A DNA stretch of 64,000 nt from Octopus vulgaris (lineage: Eukaryota). The position numbers and the translations under genes were made by a program. Below are positions 25,066-39,403 of the stretch, in pieces. The first letter of the stretch is position 1. Each line of letters begins with the position of its first letter. The notes under the pieces were generated by a model, which saw nothing but the letters and a program-made list of their open reading frames with translations, was not told the DNA's origin and searched no databases. Where the stretch lies: NCBI GenBank assembly GCA_951406725.2, contig OX597831.1, positions 55,738,001-55,802,000 of the forward strand, read 5' to 3'.

Positions 25066-25647
25066 TATTACGCTTGTTATACATAGAGAAATAGGCTGAA
25101 AGGAAGCCATATTTGAACATTTGGGCAGAAATGGCAGACACCATATACTTCTTGATGTTGTAGAAGCGTCTGAGGGAAACGTCTTGAACTATGGAATATG
25201 TTACTAGATTAGAACGTTTTTCGACTTTTGGGGAAAAAATGGGTTAAATTGACCAAATGGTCTATCTCTGTCAACAATCATTCCGAGAAGGTCGTGGAAT
25301 GATGAGTCTGAAAAGGCGCATGGCTCAATGGTTAAAGCTTTGGGCCTTTTCACAACCATGAGGTAGTGAGTTCGATTCCCGGACCAAGCTGTGTTGTGTT
25401 CGTGTGCAAGACACATTATTTCACATTGCTCCAATTCATTCATCTGCAGAAATGGGTTGCGACGTCACTAGTGCCAAATTGTATCGGCCTTTCCCTTTCC
25501 TTTGGCTAACATCGGTGGGGTGGAGAGGGAAGGCAAAGTTGACCTCAGCTAGTCTTCTATAAACAACCCCGCCCAGACCTGTGCCTCGGATGAGTGCTTT
25601 CTAGGTGCAACCCAATGGTCATTCATGACCGAAGTGGGGGGTGGGTG

Positions 25648-25703
<56 letters not shown>

Positions 25704-25841
25704 TAAGCTGAGTTAGAGGTTGGAATAACCACTTAAGGGATGTGCAATGTTATGGTTTGTATTAAAAAATAATTAATCGATGTTGATCAATTTGTTTGTT
25801 TGTTGATCAAAAGCTTTCTCCATTTTCTGCTTATATAAATA

Positions 25842-26051
25842 TACTCTTTTACTCTTTTACTTGTTTCAGTCATTTGACTGCGGCCATGCTGGAGCACCGC
25901 CTTTAATCGAGCAACTCGACCCCGGGACTTATTCTTTGTAAGCCCAGTACTTATTCTATCGGTCTCTTTTGCCGAACCGCTAAGTGACGCAAACACACCA
26001 GCATCAGTTGTCAAGCAATGCTAGGGGGACAAACACATACACACACACACT

Positions 26052-26135
<84 letters not shown>

Positions 26136-26304
26136 CATACATATATACGACAGGCTTCTTTCAGTTTCCGTCTACCAAATCCACTCACAAGGCATTGGTC
26201 GGCCCGAGGCTATAGCAGAAGACACTTGCCCAAGATGCCACGCAGTGGGACTGAACATGGAACCATGTGGTTGGTTAGCAAGCTACTTACCACACAGCCA
26301 CTCC
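25842..26304 (-). mobile_element. Full-length tRNA-derived SINE family B with internal (CA)/(TA) microsatellite
   Basis: Reverse complement of ggagtggctgtgtggtaag..ttcagtcccactgcgtggca..ttgggcaagtgtcttc..ctccagcatggccgcagtcaaatgactgaaacaagtaaaagag. Confidence 0.9.
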
Positions 26305-26405
26305 ATATATATAAAGGGGAAGTTTACGAAAATAAACAAAAGACGAAGGCAGGAGGAGTACAAACAAACAAATGTATTAGTATAGCGCTCAGGAATAGAA
26401 AAAAG

Positions 26406-26443
26406 TCTTTTACGTTTCGAGCCTACGCTCTTCGACAGAAAGA
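26406..26443 (-). ncRNA. Degenerate minimal hammerhead motif (Penelope-type)
   Basis: Reverse complement is tcttt-CTGTCGA-a-gagc-gtag-gctc-GAAA-cg-TA-aaaga; core A6 is replaced by U. Confidence 0.5.
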
Positions 26444-27139
26444 TACATCTGTGTGTGTGTGTGTGTGGGGGGGGTAAGTGAGTGAGTAAGTAAATGACTG
26501 AATGAGAGGATGGGTGTGTCTTTCAGTGAGTGTGTTTGTCACCACCCACCGCTTGACAACTGGTGTTGACTTGTTGACGTCCTTGTGGTTTAGCAGCTTG
26601 GCAAAAGGGGGTCAATGGAACAATTACGAAACTTTAAAAAGAAACCTATGTACTGAGATCGATTTGTTCGACTAAACCTCTCAAGGTGGTGCCACAACAA
26701 GGTTGCAGTCCAATGAGTGAAATAAGTAAACGATAAAAGAGAAAATGTAATTATGTATCTCCTATAAAAAATTTTTTTTTTTAAATAATAATAAAACAGA
26801 TTTTTAAAATGCTTAAAAACCATAAAATTCCAGTCACATCTATTTGGATTTGAACTGAATCTCCAAATTTCAGATTATTTAAGTCATGCATCAGCAACTT
26901 CTTTTTCATCATGACTCACTGTAGATTTTTAGTTGCTCCATGCACCAAAACATCTGACACTTCAAAGTAAATATAAAGTATTGTTTCTGAAATGTGTGAA
27001 ATATATATTGGTTTCAAACTGATTTCGAATTTTGGCACAAGGCCAGCAATTTTGTAGGCGGGGGTCAAGTCGATTATATCGACCTCCAGCGCTCCGCTGG
27101 TACTTAATACATCGACAAAGCAATCTATTTATCTGGTTT

Positions 27140-27440
27140 CTCAGGATTGGAATTTCTTAATAAGGTTTGTCACATTGTCTCCTCATCCCGATTATCTCAA
27201 ATTAGATGTTCGAACTTACTCAGGTTTCAAACAAATTCGTCCAACAATCAACATCCTTTAGGGTGTACTTGCTTCTCATGTATCCTAGACATAAGCTCTT
27301 TGATTTTCTTGATTTATCTTTGTTCCTGTTATCCGATCTTACTGGGGGATTTTGGAACCCTCCACCTCAGCGAGAGAAAAAGCAGTATAACGACCGTTGC
27401 ATCATCTGCATAACGGATGTCAACCAAGCATTTGTCTATA
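27140..27440 (-). mobile_element. Decayed non-LTR reverse-transcriptase fragment (possibly Tx1/L1-like)
   Basis: Minus strand YADDATV at ~27412-27392, followed by TGTKIN; frameshifted. Confidence 0.5.
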
Positions 27441-27923
27441 TACTTATAGTCTTATTTCTTTATTGCCCACAAGGGCAATAAAAAAATATACATATATTAT
27501 CGACACTGAAAAGGTGGAAGGCAAAGTTGACCTGCGCGGAATTTGAACTCACAACGTAAAGACGGACGAAATGTCGCTTAGCATTTTACCCTGTGTGCTA
27601 ACGATTCCGCCAGGTTGCTGCCTTGGAAACGTGCAATGTACATTGATTTCTCATTGTGGCACAAGGCCAGCAGTTTCTGGCGGGGGGAGGGGGGAGAAGG
27701 TTAAGTCGATTACACCGACCACTGTACTTTACTGGTACATTCCGAAAGGATGAAAAGCAAAGTCGACCCCGGCGGCAATTGAATTCAGAACGTAAAGGCA
27801 CGAAACATCGCTAAGCATTTTGTCTAGCGTGTTAACGATTCTGCCAGTTCGCCGCATTACAAAATGTGCAATATTAAATGAGTTTTAATCTTGGTACGTG
27901 ACTTTTGACCCACCCTGTAGTAT

Positions 27924-27987
<64 letters not shown>

Positions 27988-27993
27988 CTTTTT

Positions 27994-28201
27994 GCTCTTT
28001 TACTTGTTTCAGTCATTTGACTGCGGCCATGCTGGAGCATCGCCTTTAGTCGAGCAAATAAACCCCGGGATTTATTCTTTGTAAGCCCAGTACTTATTCT
28101 ATCGGTCTCTTTTGCCGAACCGCTAAGTGACGGGGACGTAAACACACCAGCATCGGTTGTCAAGCAATGCTAGAGGGACAAACACACACACACAAACATA
28201 T

Positions 28202-28290
<89 letters not shown>

Positions 28291-28447
28291 TACGACAGGC
28301 TTCTTTCAGTTTCCGTCTACCAAATCCACTCACAAGGCATTGGTCGGCCCGAAGCTATAGCAGAAGACACTTGCCAAAGATGCCACGCAGTGGGACTGAA
28401 CCCGGAACCATGTGGTTGGTAAGCAAGCTACTTACCACACAGCCACT

Positions 28448-28450
<3 letters not shown>
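27994..28450 (-). mobile_element. Full-length family B SINE
   Basis: Near-identical to 25842-26304. Confidence 0.9.
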
Positions 28451-28483
<33 letters not shown>

Positions 28484-29061
28484 CTTATTGATAAAAATAC
28501 TCTCGCTTATCCCGCCATTTGCATCACTAGGAATGTTTATGCAAGTAAATCTTGATACAAAGGTCTATTTAAAAACTATCAACAACTCATTGAACTACAA
28601 ATAGATAAAATACGAAAAAACAAACAAATAAGCAAAAACAAAAAGGAAATACTCAGAAAAGGTCAAGGTCACAGACAACACTTTAGTGATTCCCTTGTGG
28701 GACGCATCCGATCTGTTGCCGACTCCTATGCCCCATTCAGGGGTACCGCCTTAAAGGGTTTTAGTCGGACAAATCGATCCAAGCACGAATTTCTTTAAAG
28801 ACTGGCACTTATTAATATCAGTCTCTATTGCCGAACCGCTACGTTCAGGAACATAAACAAACCAACACTTGTTAAGTGGTAGTATGTGGACAAACACTGA
28901 CATAAAGACACACATATATCTAACAAACACACGCACACACATACATCTCAGACAAACACACATGCACGCACATATATCGGGCAAGCACAGGCATAAAAGA
29001 CACACACACACACACACATACTACCACTTGGCAACAGGTATTGATTTGTTGTTGTTGTTGT

Positions 29062-29112
<51 letters not shown>

Positions 29113-29814
29113 GCATGGCTGTATGGTGCAAAAAACAAAAGATGCTTCCGTCCCAACCACATGGTTCCGGGTTCAGTCCCACTGCGTGTCATCTTGGGCA
29201 AGTGTCTTCTACTATAGCCTCGGGCCAACAAAAGTCTTGTGAGTGGATTTGGTAAACGGAAACTAAAACAAACCCGTTGTATGTGTGTATGTGTGTGTGT
29301 GCCAAATGTCACGCACCAAAGCAATTCATAAGACAATTGATATTGAGTTTCAATTTTGGTGCGTGACTTTTGGCTCACCCTATATAATTAGTGTATAAAG
29401 TTATAGACTAATCTTATAGCAATCTTATAACGGCCAAAATAACCGTGGAATTTTCACATGTAGTTTTTAGGGTTGTCTTCAGCCGTAAGGACTCATAAAA
29501 CCGGAGCCTAACTCCGTTTGAATGTGACTGAGATTGCATCACTACCTCTGGAACGAGATGGCAACTCGTCACTGGGTTAACTCCCATCTATTGGCAGAAC
29601 ACATTTACAGTCGAGTGAACAGGAACAACGTGAAATTAAATGCTTTGCTCAAGAAAGCACAACACACCACCCGGTCCAGGTATCGAAACCGCCATCTGAC
29701 GATTGTGAGTGTAACACCCCTAACAACTAGGTCAATGCGTCTTCACAGGTAGTATTATTATAACGGTCGTCTTTCGCTTTATAATTTTCCCAGATTCAAC
29801 TAAATAACTTTCGT

Positions 29815-29841
29815 TATCATCATCGGCATCATCATCATCGG

Positions 29842-29875
<34 letters not shown>

Positions 29876-29884
29876 GGCATCATT

Positions 29885-29927
<43 letters not shown>

Positions 29928-29935
29928 CCACCACC

Positions 29936-29968
<33 letters not shown>

Positions 29969-30009
29969 GGCATCATCATCATCATCATCGGCATCATCAT
30001 CATCATCGG

Positions 30010-30046
<37 letters not shown>

Positions 30047-30055
30047 GGCATCATT

Positions 30056-30130
<75 letters not shown>

Positions 30131-30139
30131 GGCATCATT

Positions 30140-30170
<31 letters not shown>

Positions 30171-30188
30171 CCACCACCACCACCACCA

Positions 30189-30252
<64 letters not shown>

Positions 30253-30387
30253 GGCATCATCATCGGCATCATCATCATCATCGTCGTCTTCGGCTGCTTC
30301 TTCTTCTTCTTCTTCTTCTTCTTCTTCTTCTTCTTCTTCTTCTTCTTCTTCTTCTTCTTCTTCTTCTTCTTCTTCTTCTTCTTCTTC
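29815..30387. repeat. (CAT)n/(CAC)n then (CTT)n trinucleotide array
   Basis: Direct reading. Confidence 0.95.
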
Positions 30388-30560
30388 GTTAATAACCCCC
30401 TCCTTTATTCTCCCAACTTATTTCCCATCAGCAGATTTCAAAGCTTTCTAAGTAGTCGTTTCATCACTTAATCAACAGCTGTTTTATTTCAGCACTCACT
30501 TTGTGGGGTTCCAACTGCAAAACTGCAAAACACAGAATTAAGAAGGGAAGGAAGAAAGAC

Positions 30561-30595
<35 letters not shown>

Positions 30596-30678
30596 AGCAA
30601 TTAAGTCGAAAACATAGGGCGGAGAAAGTTAAAAGGAAGAACGAAAAATCATTTACGTGTTTAAGCATCCCTCCACCC

Positions 30679-30746
<68 letters not shown>

Positions 30747-30879
30747 CGTTTGTTTGTCTGTTTGCCTGTTCCTCTCTCTCTCTCTCTCTCAATGTATATA
30801 TATATATATATATATACACGCACACACACATAATACATATGTATGTTTATAGATACACACACACGTATGTTTATATGTT

Positions 30880-30913
<34 letters not shown>

Positions 30914-31019
30914 CGCGTGTATATAAGTACATCCATCTGTCTGCCTGTATATAAGTGTATAACGTTATGTTACATATATATGTATCGAATATATATTATA
31001 TGTGCATGCATATATATCT

Positions 31020-31770
31020 CTGAGGAGACATCTAATCAAAGCGCAGTCCCTCAGGTAACTGTACTGTGACCACTGCTGTTCATGTTAGCTCTTTTGGTTA
31101 TAAAATCAGCTGTTCTTACAAGCCAAGCTGACGATACAAAAGTATCACAAGCAGTCAAGGACCCTGATGACAGTTCAAAACTACAGAAAAACCCGAACGT
31201 GAGATATAGGTGGGTAAAAGAAAACAGCTTGAAGCTCAATGCTGAGTAGTTACAAGTAGTCTGCTGTCGGTCCACAAACAGATTGCTATTAGAATACACA
31301 GCACAAAGGGATATTATAACTCCAGAGTTAGTGGGATTCATATGAGTTAATGATGCATCATTCCGTGAACATTTTACTAAGTTGGTAATAAGGTACAGTT
31401 GAATTGATGGTTGGAAAAAGGAAACCTTGTTGCTCCTATGTAGAACATTTGTTCTCAGTCGCCTGGACTACGAGTCCCATTAATGGTCACCACAAAGCGC
31501 CAAATTAACAGGGAAGTCCAAGGTAGTTCACGCTGCGACACTTAGAAGGTATATATTGAAAATCCAGGAGGGTCTAGCACTGGACTTTAGGATTTTAAGC
31601 TATACCACTCTCCGAACTGGACGCCACTGCACAGTATCAAAGATCCCGACCTTCACATCTAGAGTAAGGGCTCAATACTGTAACACCTTAGGGTTCAAGG
31701 GCGCATAGCTTTTCAATACCTTGCCAAAACATCTCAGTGATCTACGAAGCGTAGATGTGAATGCGTTCTT
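31020..31770 (+). mobile_element. Decayed CR1/L2-group LINE reverse-transcriptase fragment
   Basis: AVPQVTVL*PLLF (consensus GVPQGTVLGPLLF), QADDTKV, LLYRTFVLSRLDY and FNTLPKHL, with stops and frameshifts. Confidence 0.8.
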
Positions 31771-31951
31771 TGAACATATTCACATCTATGCAAAGAGGAA
31801 AAATAGTACTGAAAATACGAGTATAAGGATATTTTTAAAATTAATATTTAGTGGAAGCAACAGAGAAACTCATGGACCGAGAGTTTCGTGCGTTGGCAGT
31901 TACAAAACTCTTGGACCATGACGTACTCAGTTGCTTCTACTAAATAAGAAA

Positions 31952-32032
<81 letters not shown>

Positions 32033-32575
32033 CGTGTGCGTGTGTAATGATGGAAGATCTTCGTGTCCGAAGTTCATAAGGAAGAACAGCAAGTAGTCAG
32101 GTGCCTATGTAAGTTGATCCTCGTTCGACAGGTTCAGGTTTAATTGGGGCAAGTATGTAGGCTTTGCTCAGATGGGGATCGTAAAGATGACCCTTCCTTT
32201 CTTTGGCGTTGCTCGTCCTCTACGGTTGCTCTGGCCTTCTTAAAATTGCTCGCAGCGATCTGGATACAGTCTCGATGTGCCGCGGCTCCCTCCGACCTTA
32301 ATTCTGGGCTATTTTCACCTGCTCGAAATACGAGAGTAGAAAAACAGCAAACAACTGATGAATAGTCGTTCTTTATGTTGTTTGTCTTGGTTTCCATTTT
32401 TGTCTTTCGTTGTTCGAAAAAATAGTTCATATTCCATGTACTCGTACTTCGCAATTTTGTTGTTGTTGTTGTAAACGTTTCATGACGTCCTGTGCCCACA
32501 TATGCATATATATATACGTATAGATGTAAGTATGTACATCGATGTATGTACATATATACGTATGTATATATGCAG

Positions 32576-32619
<44 letters not shown>

Positions 32620-32623
<4 letters not shown>

Positions 32624-33348
32624 TAGGGAGAATTCTGTCTGTGGGTGTGTTTGTGGAGTTGTTAGCTAACTCCTCCTACACCGTTTTATCGATTTTGATG
32701 AAACTTGACACGTGAGTAGAACTCATGTCTGGAAACCTCATGGCATACTCATATTGTTGAAAAAAAAATCGATAATGGGCCCCCAGGAAGAGATCCTTAT
32801 ATATAGCCAAGGGAAATAATTCAATCATTTTTCAAAATTATTTGGTAAAAATGTAATTGAGTATGCTTATTTCTTAGTATTTGAACTGTTAGACTTATTT
32901 TCGCAATTTATCCAGTACAAGCCTTAAACAAGTAAATAGCCCTTTTCAGAGTTATTTACCTCGAATTGATATCTCATATCTGATTAGCCTTTTATTACTT
33001 AACATGTTTCACGATTTTAGTATACATGCCTTATTAGCATTTCCTCCTATATTCTATATACTCTGGGAATGCATTAAAGCCCTTTTTGGGGCCACTTTAT
33101 TTGAATTCTTACTATCGGATTACTAATTTCATGTTATTACATAACTGACTTCACAATTTGGTTATTCATAACTTATTGGGAAATCCTAAAAACAAAATCC
33201 TGTGTAAGACAGTTCGGTATTCTCAATAGATACACGAAAACCGTTTTAAGGGCTACATACTTTTGTATTGTTGTTACTGGATTAGCGAAACAATTATGAG
33301 AACGGAACCAAAAGATAAACCCCGCTTTCCCGAGAATTACCGGGTACC
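32620..33348 (+). mobile_element. Possible non-autonomous Helitron-type element
   Basis: 5' tctgtctgtg..aactcctcctacaccgttttatcgattttgatgaaacttg and a 3' hairpin cccgagaattaccggg; the CTAG end is not preserved. Confidence 0.45.
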
Positions 33349-33521
33349 TGTCTTTCAGTGTGTGTGTTTGTCACCACCCACCGCTAGACAACCGGTATTG
33401 GCTTGTTGACGTCCTTGGGATTTAGCAGTTTGGCAAAAGAGGTCAATGGAACAATTACGAAACTTTAAAAAAAACCTATGTACTGCGATCGATTTGTTCG
33501 ATTAAACCTCTCAAAGCGGTG

Positions 33522-33581
<60 letters not shown>

Positions 33582-34714
33582 TGATATATATATTGATATT
33601 GATATATTTATGTATACATACATATTTATATGAATGCATACATGTGGTGTGTGTGTAATATTGCACTGTATTTTAAACTCATGCATATGCACGTGTATGT
33701 ATGTGTGTTCGTGTGCTGGGGCAGGTATGTTTACTTTTGAAAATCCTTTGTTTTAAGTTGCTGTATGTTTTTGCATGTTTCATTTTACGAGTTGGTGAGA
33801 TTGTGTAGAGAGAGAGGGGGAGAGAAAGGGAGAGAGAGGGGGAGAGAAAGGGAGAGAGAGAGGGGGAGAGAGGGAGAGAAATAAATAAAGATTGAAAGAA
33901 AGAAAGAAAGGGAGAGAGAGGGGGAGAGAGGGAGAGAGAGAAATAAATAAATAAAGATTGAAAGAAAGAAAGAAAGAAAGAGAGTCAGGACGTGGGAGTA
34001 CTTCACCCATAGAATAAACTTTATAAGCCTATTTGAAGGTAACGCCTTAGTCTGTATCCATCCATCCATCCATCCATCCATCCGTCCGTCCGTCTGTCTG
34101 TCTGTCTATCATTATATTTATATATATATGGATGTATATATATGTGTGTGTGCGTGTGTGTGTACGTATGTATATACACACACACGCACCTCTTCATATA
34201 TATATATATATATATATATATCTTCTGCAATACACCAGGGTTCTTATCTTCTACAGCACACCAGTAAGCAATAAAAAAAATCTATTTTTTCCTTATTCCT
34301 TTATTTCAGATACAAACATTTTATCCTGCCAAATAGTATGAAGAAATTATTATCTCCCTTGTATTAACTGCCCACTAGGCGTTACCATGCATGTGGGTAT
34401 GTGTGTGTGTGTGTGTGTGTGTGTGTATTTCACTCCGCAAATACAGCTAAATATTTCTCTCTCTCTAAGCACACAAACATGCAAATGTGGGCTTGATGGG
34501 GTAGTTGGGGTGAGTAAGTGTGTGTGTGTGTGTGTGTGTATGTTGGGGTGGATGCAAGTGCGTCTGCGTACTTAATATTAGGTTTTGACGGATAAACTAT
34601 ACCAGACTGATTGATATAACCAAACTTAGACTTTCAGTGGCTTCTCATGGACCTCATGGGTTAATAAACTCATCAATAATACACTATGTACGCCGTGTGT
34701 GTGTGTGTGTGTGC

Positions 34715-34787
<73 letters not shown>

Positions 34788-35245
34788 CGTGCGAACATGT
34801 GTGCGCGCTTGCGGTATATACGATACACATTTATTATATGTCCGTATCTGCACAAGTAATTTTCTTTGAAAATCTTTGAAGCACCAACAATAATAGAATT
34901 AAGGATAAGCTTATATATAAGATAAAGATAAAAGTAGGCAACGAAAAGGTAGCTACAAGATGGGTAGACTGGAGAATGGATTTCTCTTTTTTTATTTTTT
35001 CTTCATCTTCCTTCCTTGTTAAGAAATTCTGTTGGAACAGACGATCAATGTTGTTGAAACTTATACTTTATCAACACGATATGATTTCTTTGAGAACATT
35101 TTATCGGCATTCATCCATTTGTTCAAACCCTTGCGCACCCACATACACAAACACATATATATAGATGTTGTACACAAACATACATAAATGTATTATGTGT
35201 ATGTAACTGGATATAACATTGAACTAAGTCCCTTTAACTAAATAA

Positions 35246-36084
35246 GATATTTTCTGTTGTTGGCACAGTTTTTGAAATTTTAAGATAAAGAGAAAATTTT
35301 TGAATCTGGAATATCCATGTAAGTTTTCATGCTGAATCTGATATTGTTATTCACTTGTTCCAGAAAAAAATTTGGGGAAATGTTACAGAGGTTTAAATTT
35401 TGATGATTTTTGCCCAATCAGAAAACAGGATTTGGAAGTTGACATTTCCAACGAGAAAGCTATCTATCACAGTATTACGACGACACTTTTATTAAATAAA
35501 ATAAAAGTTGTCAGAAGTTTTGAAGTATTAATAAGTTTAAATGAATAAAGTCATGTGAAACGTTAGAACAGACAACACAGGACAGAAAAATCCTCAATGA
35601 AACTTTTTTTTTTGCGAAAATTACAGAAAGAAAATTGTACGTTAAATTACAAAAGAAAAAAACACCCCAAAACAATAAAACTGTCCGTTAAATTACACCC
35701 CCACCAAAAAAAACCCAAAAAACTACATTTTTTGTAGTGAAAATTCAAAAACGAAAGTTTGAGATACACCAAGGTTAGAGTTAGGGCTTAGGATTGGGGT
35801 TTAGAATTAGGGTTTAGAGTTTGAGTTTGGGCTAGAGTTAGGGTTTAGGGTTTGAGGTTAGAGTTAAGATTTAAGGTTGGTACTTAGGGTCAGCCCGACC
35901 AATGGATGATCTGGGGTAAATCAACGAGTAACATATTTTTAGTGAACATTTCTCTAAAATTTGTCTGGAACAAATGAATAACAAAATCAGATTCAGTGCA
36001 GAAAATTACATCAATATGCCAAATTTAAATATTTTCACTTCATTTTAAAGTTTCAAAAATTGTGACAGCAGCAGAAAAAAACCC
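35246..36084. mobile_element. Older foldback/MITE with ~140-bp TIRs and degenerate TTAGGG centre; extra terminal copy ending at 36504
   Basis: ttttctgttgttggcacagtttttgaaa..ctgaatctgatattgttattcacttgttccaga mirrors tctggaacaaatgaataacaaaatcagattcag..tttcaaaaattgtgacagcagcagaaaa. Telomere-like repeats at 35773-35890. Confidence 0.75.
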
Positions 36085-36696
36085 ATAAAATTTTCTGTCT
36101 AATAAAATGATGCAAAGCAAACGTTCAGACAGACATGTAAGCAACTTAAAAAGGAAACATCGCCAAAGAATTTTTTTTCTTTTCTTTTTTGAAGCAAAAA
36201 TTCAAAAACTAAAGTTCAGAATATAGATACAAGTCAAAGAAAATAATTAATAGTTTTAAGCAGACATCTTGGCTTGCTACTATGCAAACAAGCACTAATG
36301 TATCTGTGGTTTTCAATTGTCTAAAACTACCCCAAATTTGCAACCACTAAAAGCTATCAACTTTTTATTTATTTATTAATTTATGGCAAAAATGAATTTC
36401 CTTTCCATAATTAGCATACAAAATTACATCAGTACACCAAATTTGAAAATAATTGGAACAAAATTTCAAAAAATTGTAAACTGTGACAGCAGCAGAAAAG
36501 ATCCATTCAATACATAAATAACTCGTTTCTAAGATGTAAATAAAAGATAAAACACGTATAAGATTTGCTTACTTCATTTATTATTGAAAACAATACGACA
36601 GTATAAAATACGTTATATTACACACGTATATATATATACACACACACACATACGTATATATGCACGTATATATAAATAGATATGTCTATATATACT

Positions 36697-36788
<92 letters not shown>

Positions 36789-37059
36789 TATATATTCATA
36801 TGTATATATATATATATATGCATGTGTGCGTGCGTGTGTATTTATGCGTATGTGTGCGCGTATGCTTGTATGCAGAAGTGTGTACTTGTATCTAAGTATG
36901 TAAGTATGTATGTATGTATGTATGTATGTATGTATGTATGTATGTATGTATGTATGTATGTATACGCACTTATATGATCTTTTCAGCTAGACAGCTTCAG
37001 GAGAAGTGTGTGGAACAGGGTCTGGATTTATTTGCGATGCTCATGCTCGTCGAACGAGG

Positions 37060-37366
<307 letters not shown>

Positions 37367-37574
37367 AACGTCATTAATAATTGCGATTTGCAATGAGACA
37401 AAATTTTGGAATTTCTACATAGGCAGGTTTAAAAAAACACCTACTGAGATCTCAATGTATGCATACATAATATATAAATGTATTCGTATATAGGGCGGTA
37501 GGCTGGCAAAACTGTTTGAGCGTTGGACAAAATCCTTTGCAGTATTTAGTGATGACCGTTTACATTCTCAATTA

Positions 37575-38010
37575 AGTATGGCAGAATCGTTTCCACGCCG
37601 GGTGAAATGCTTAGCAGTATTTCGTCCGCCGCTGCGTTCTGAGTTCAAATTCCGCCCAGGTCGACTTTGCCTTTCATCCTTTCGGGGTCCATTAAATAAG
37701 TACCTATTTCTTTATTACTCACAAGGGGCTGAACATAGTGGGGACAAACATGGACAGACATAGGTATTAAGTCGATTATATCGACCCCAGTGCTTAACTG
37801 GTACTTAATTTATCGACCCCGAAAGGATGAAAGGCAAAGTCGACCTCGGCGGAATTTGAACTCACAACGTAACGGCAGACGAAATACCGCTAAGCATTTC
37901 GCCCGACGTGCTAACGATTCTGCTAGCAAGTACCAGTTACGCACTTGGGTCGATGTAGTCGACTTAATCCCTTTGTCTGCCCTTCTCTGTCCCCTCTGTG
38001 TTTAGCAATA
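37575..38010. mobile_element. Nested family A SINEs: a minus-strand copy inserted in a plus-strand copy
   Basis: The plus copy breaks at aagtacc (~37698-37704) and resumes at aagtaccagttacgcac (~37928); a minus-strand copy lies between. Confidence 0.75.
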
Positions 38011-38156
38011 AAGAATATCTGGGCAATAAGAATATATTTAGCAATAAAGAATATTTGGGCAATAAAGAAATAAAGTATCTCTGGTGTCGACATTCCTTTC
38101 ACCTTTGGAGAGATCTATAAAAGGAATATCAGTTGAGCACTACAGTAGATATAAAT

Positions 38157-38548
38157 GTCGTGGAGGCGCAATGGCCCAGTGGTTAGGGCAGCGGACTCGC
38201 GGTCGTAGGATCGCGGTTTCGATACCCAGACCGGGCGTTGTGAGTGTTTATTGAGTGAAAACACCTAAAAAGCTCCACGATGCTCCGGCAGGGGATGGTG
38301 GTGATCCCTGCTGTACTCTTTCACCACATCTTTCTCTCACTCTTACTTCCTGTTTCTGTTGTACCTGTATTTCAAGGGGCCGGCCTTGTCACTCTCTGTG
38401 TCACGCTGAATATCCCCGAGAACTACGTTAAGGGTGCACGTGTCTGTGGAGTGCTCAGCCACTTACACGTTAATTTCACAAGCAGGCTGTTCCGTTGGTC
38501 GGATCAACCGGAACCCTCATCGTCGTAACCGACGGAGTGCTTCCATCC
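38157..38548 (+). mobile_element. tRNA-derived SINE family C; relative at 47275-47595
   Basis: A-box tggcccagtggtt, B-box-like ggtttcgatacc, and shared gaaaacacctaa..gctccacg..ctccggcag. Confidence 0.8.
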
Positions 38549-39002
38549 AGATATAATTGAATGCTCTCTTTGAATTGATTGATATGCTCAAATGTTGCTG
38601 GATTCCTCTTATTACCGAAAGGTCAAACAATTGTAAATAAAGCAACCGCTTTATTTATCTACGCAGTTGTAACCTTCTGCCTTTAGAATTGCTACCACGG
38701 AATAAATTGGAACCAGCATTATCTCCCAGAGCTTACAACAAGTTGCTAGGGAAATATATATCGTTGCTATTATGTTAAACTGTCATATGTTCAAATTTGG
38801 CCAAATGCATTTTTTTTCAATATTTATTTTTGCTTGCAATAGCCGGTTCTTTTGCTCAAACTATCGTGTTTCCAGCTGCTTCAGATGCCAAGATATCAAA
38901 AATTGTCAAAGTACAACGGTCCTGCTATGGAATGTTGAAACTATTTTATCGTTTTCTGAAAAAGCAACGTTTTGGACTTACGACACTTTTGCATAATAGC
39001 AA

Positions 39003-39055
<53 letters not shown>

Positions 39056-39221
39056 CTTGATCACCTTGACCGACAAGTCCGTCGGGCGTCCATTTGACAC
39101 CGCTGGTCACAGCACGCTGTCCACTCCTCTCTGGATCGCACCTTTCTCATCCACGTGATCCTAATCGCCCTCCTGAAATCGTAATTTCACCGTCGTGGAG
39201 GCCTTACATACATACATACAT

Positions 39222-39315
39222 ACATGGCACTTTGGGCAAGTTCTTCTACTATAGCCTCGGGCCGACCAAAGCCTTGTGAGTGGATTTGGTAGACGAAAAC
39301 TGAAAGAAGCCCGTC

Positions 39316-39403
<88 letters not shown>

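Noticed and set aside
35773-35890. Telomere or chromosome-fusion scar
   Set aside because: Short, degenerate and enclosed by the arms of a foldback element.
38160-38240. tRNA genes at SINE heads (also ~25315, ~42025, ~47280, ~56066)
   Set aside because: A/B boxes are present but there is no complete cloverleaf, and each continues into a repeated SINE body.
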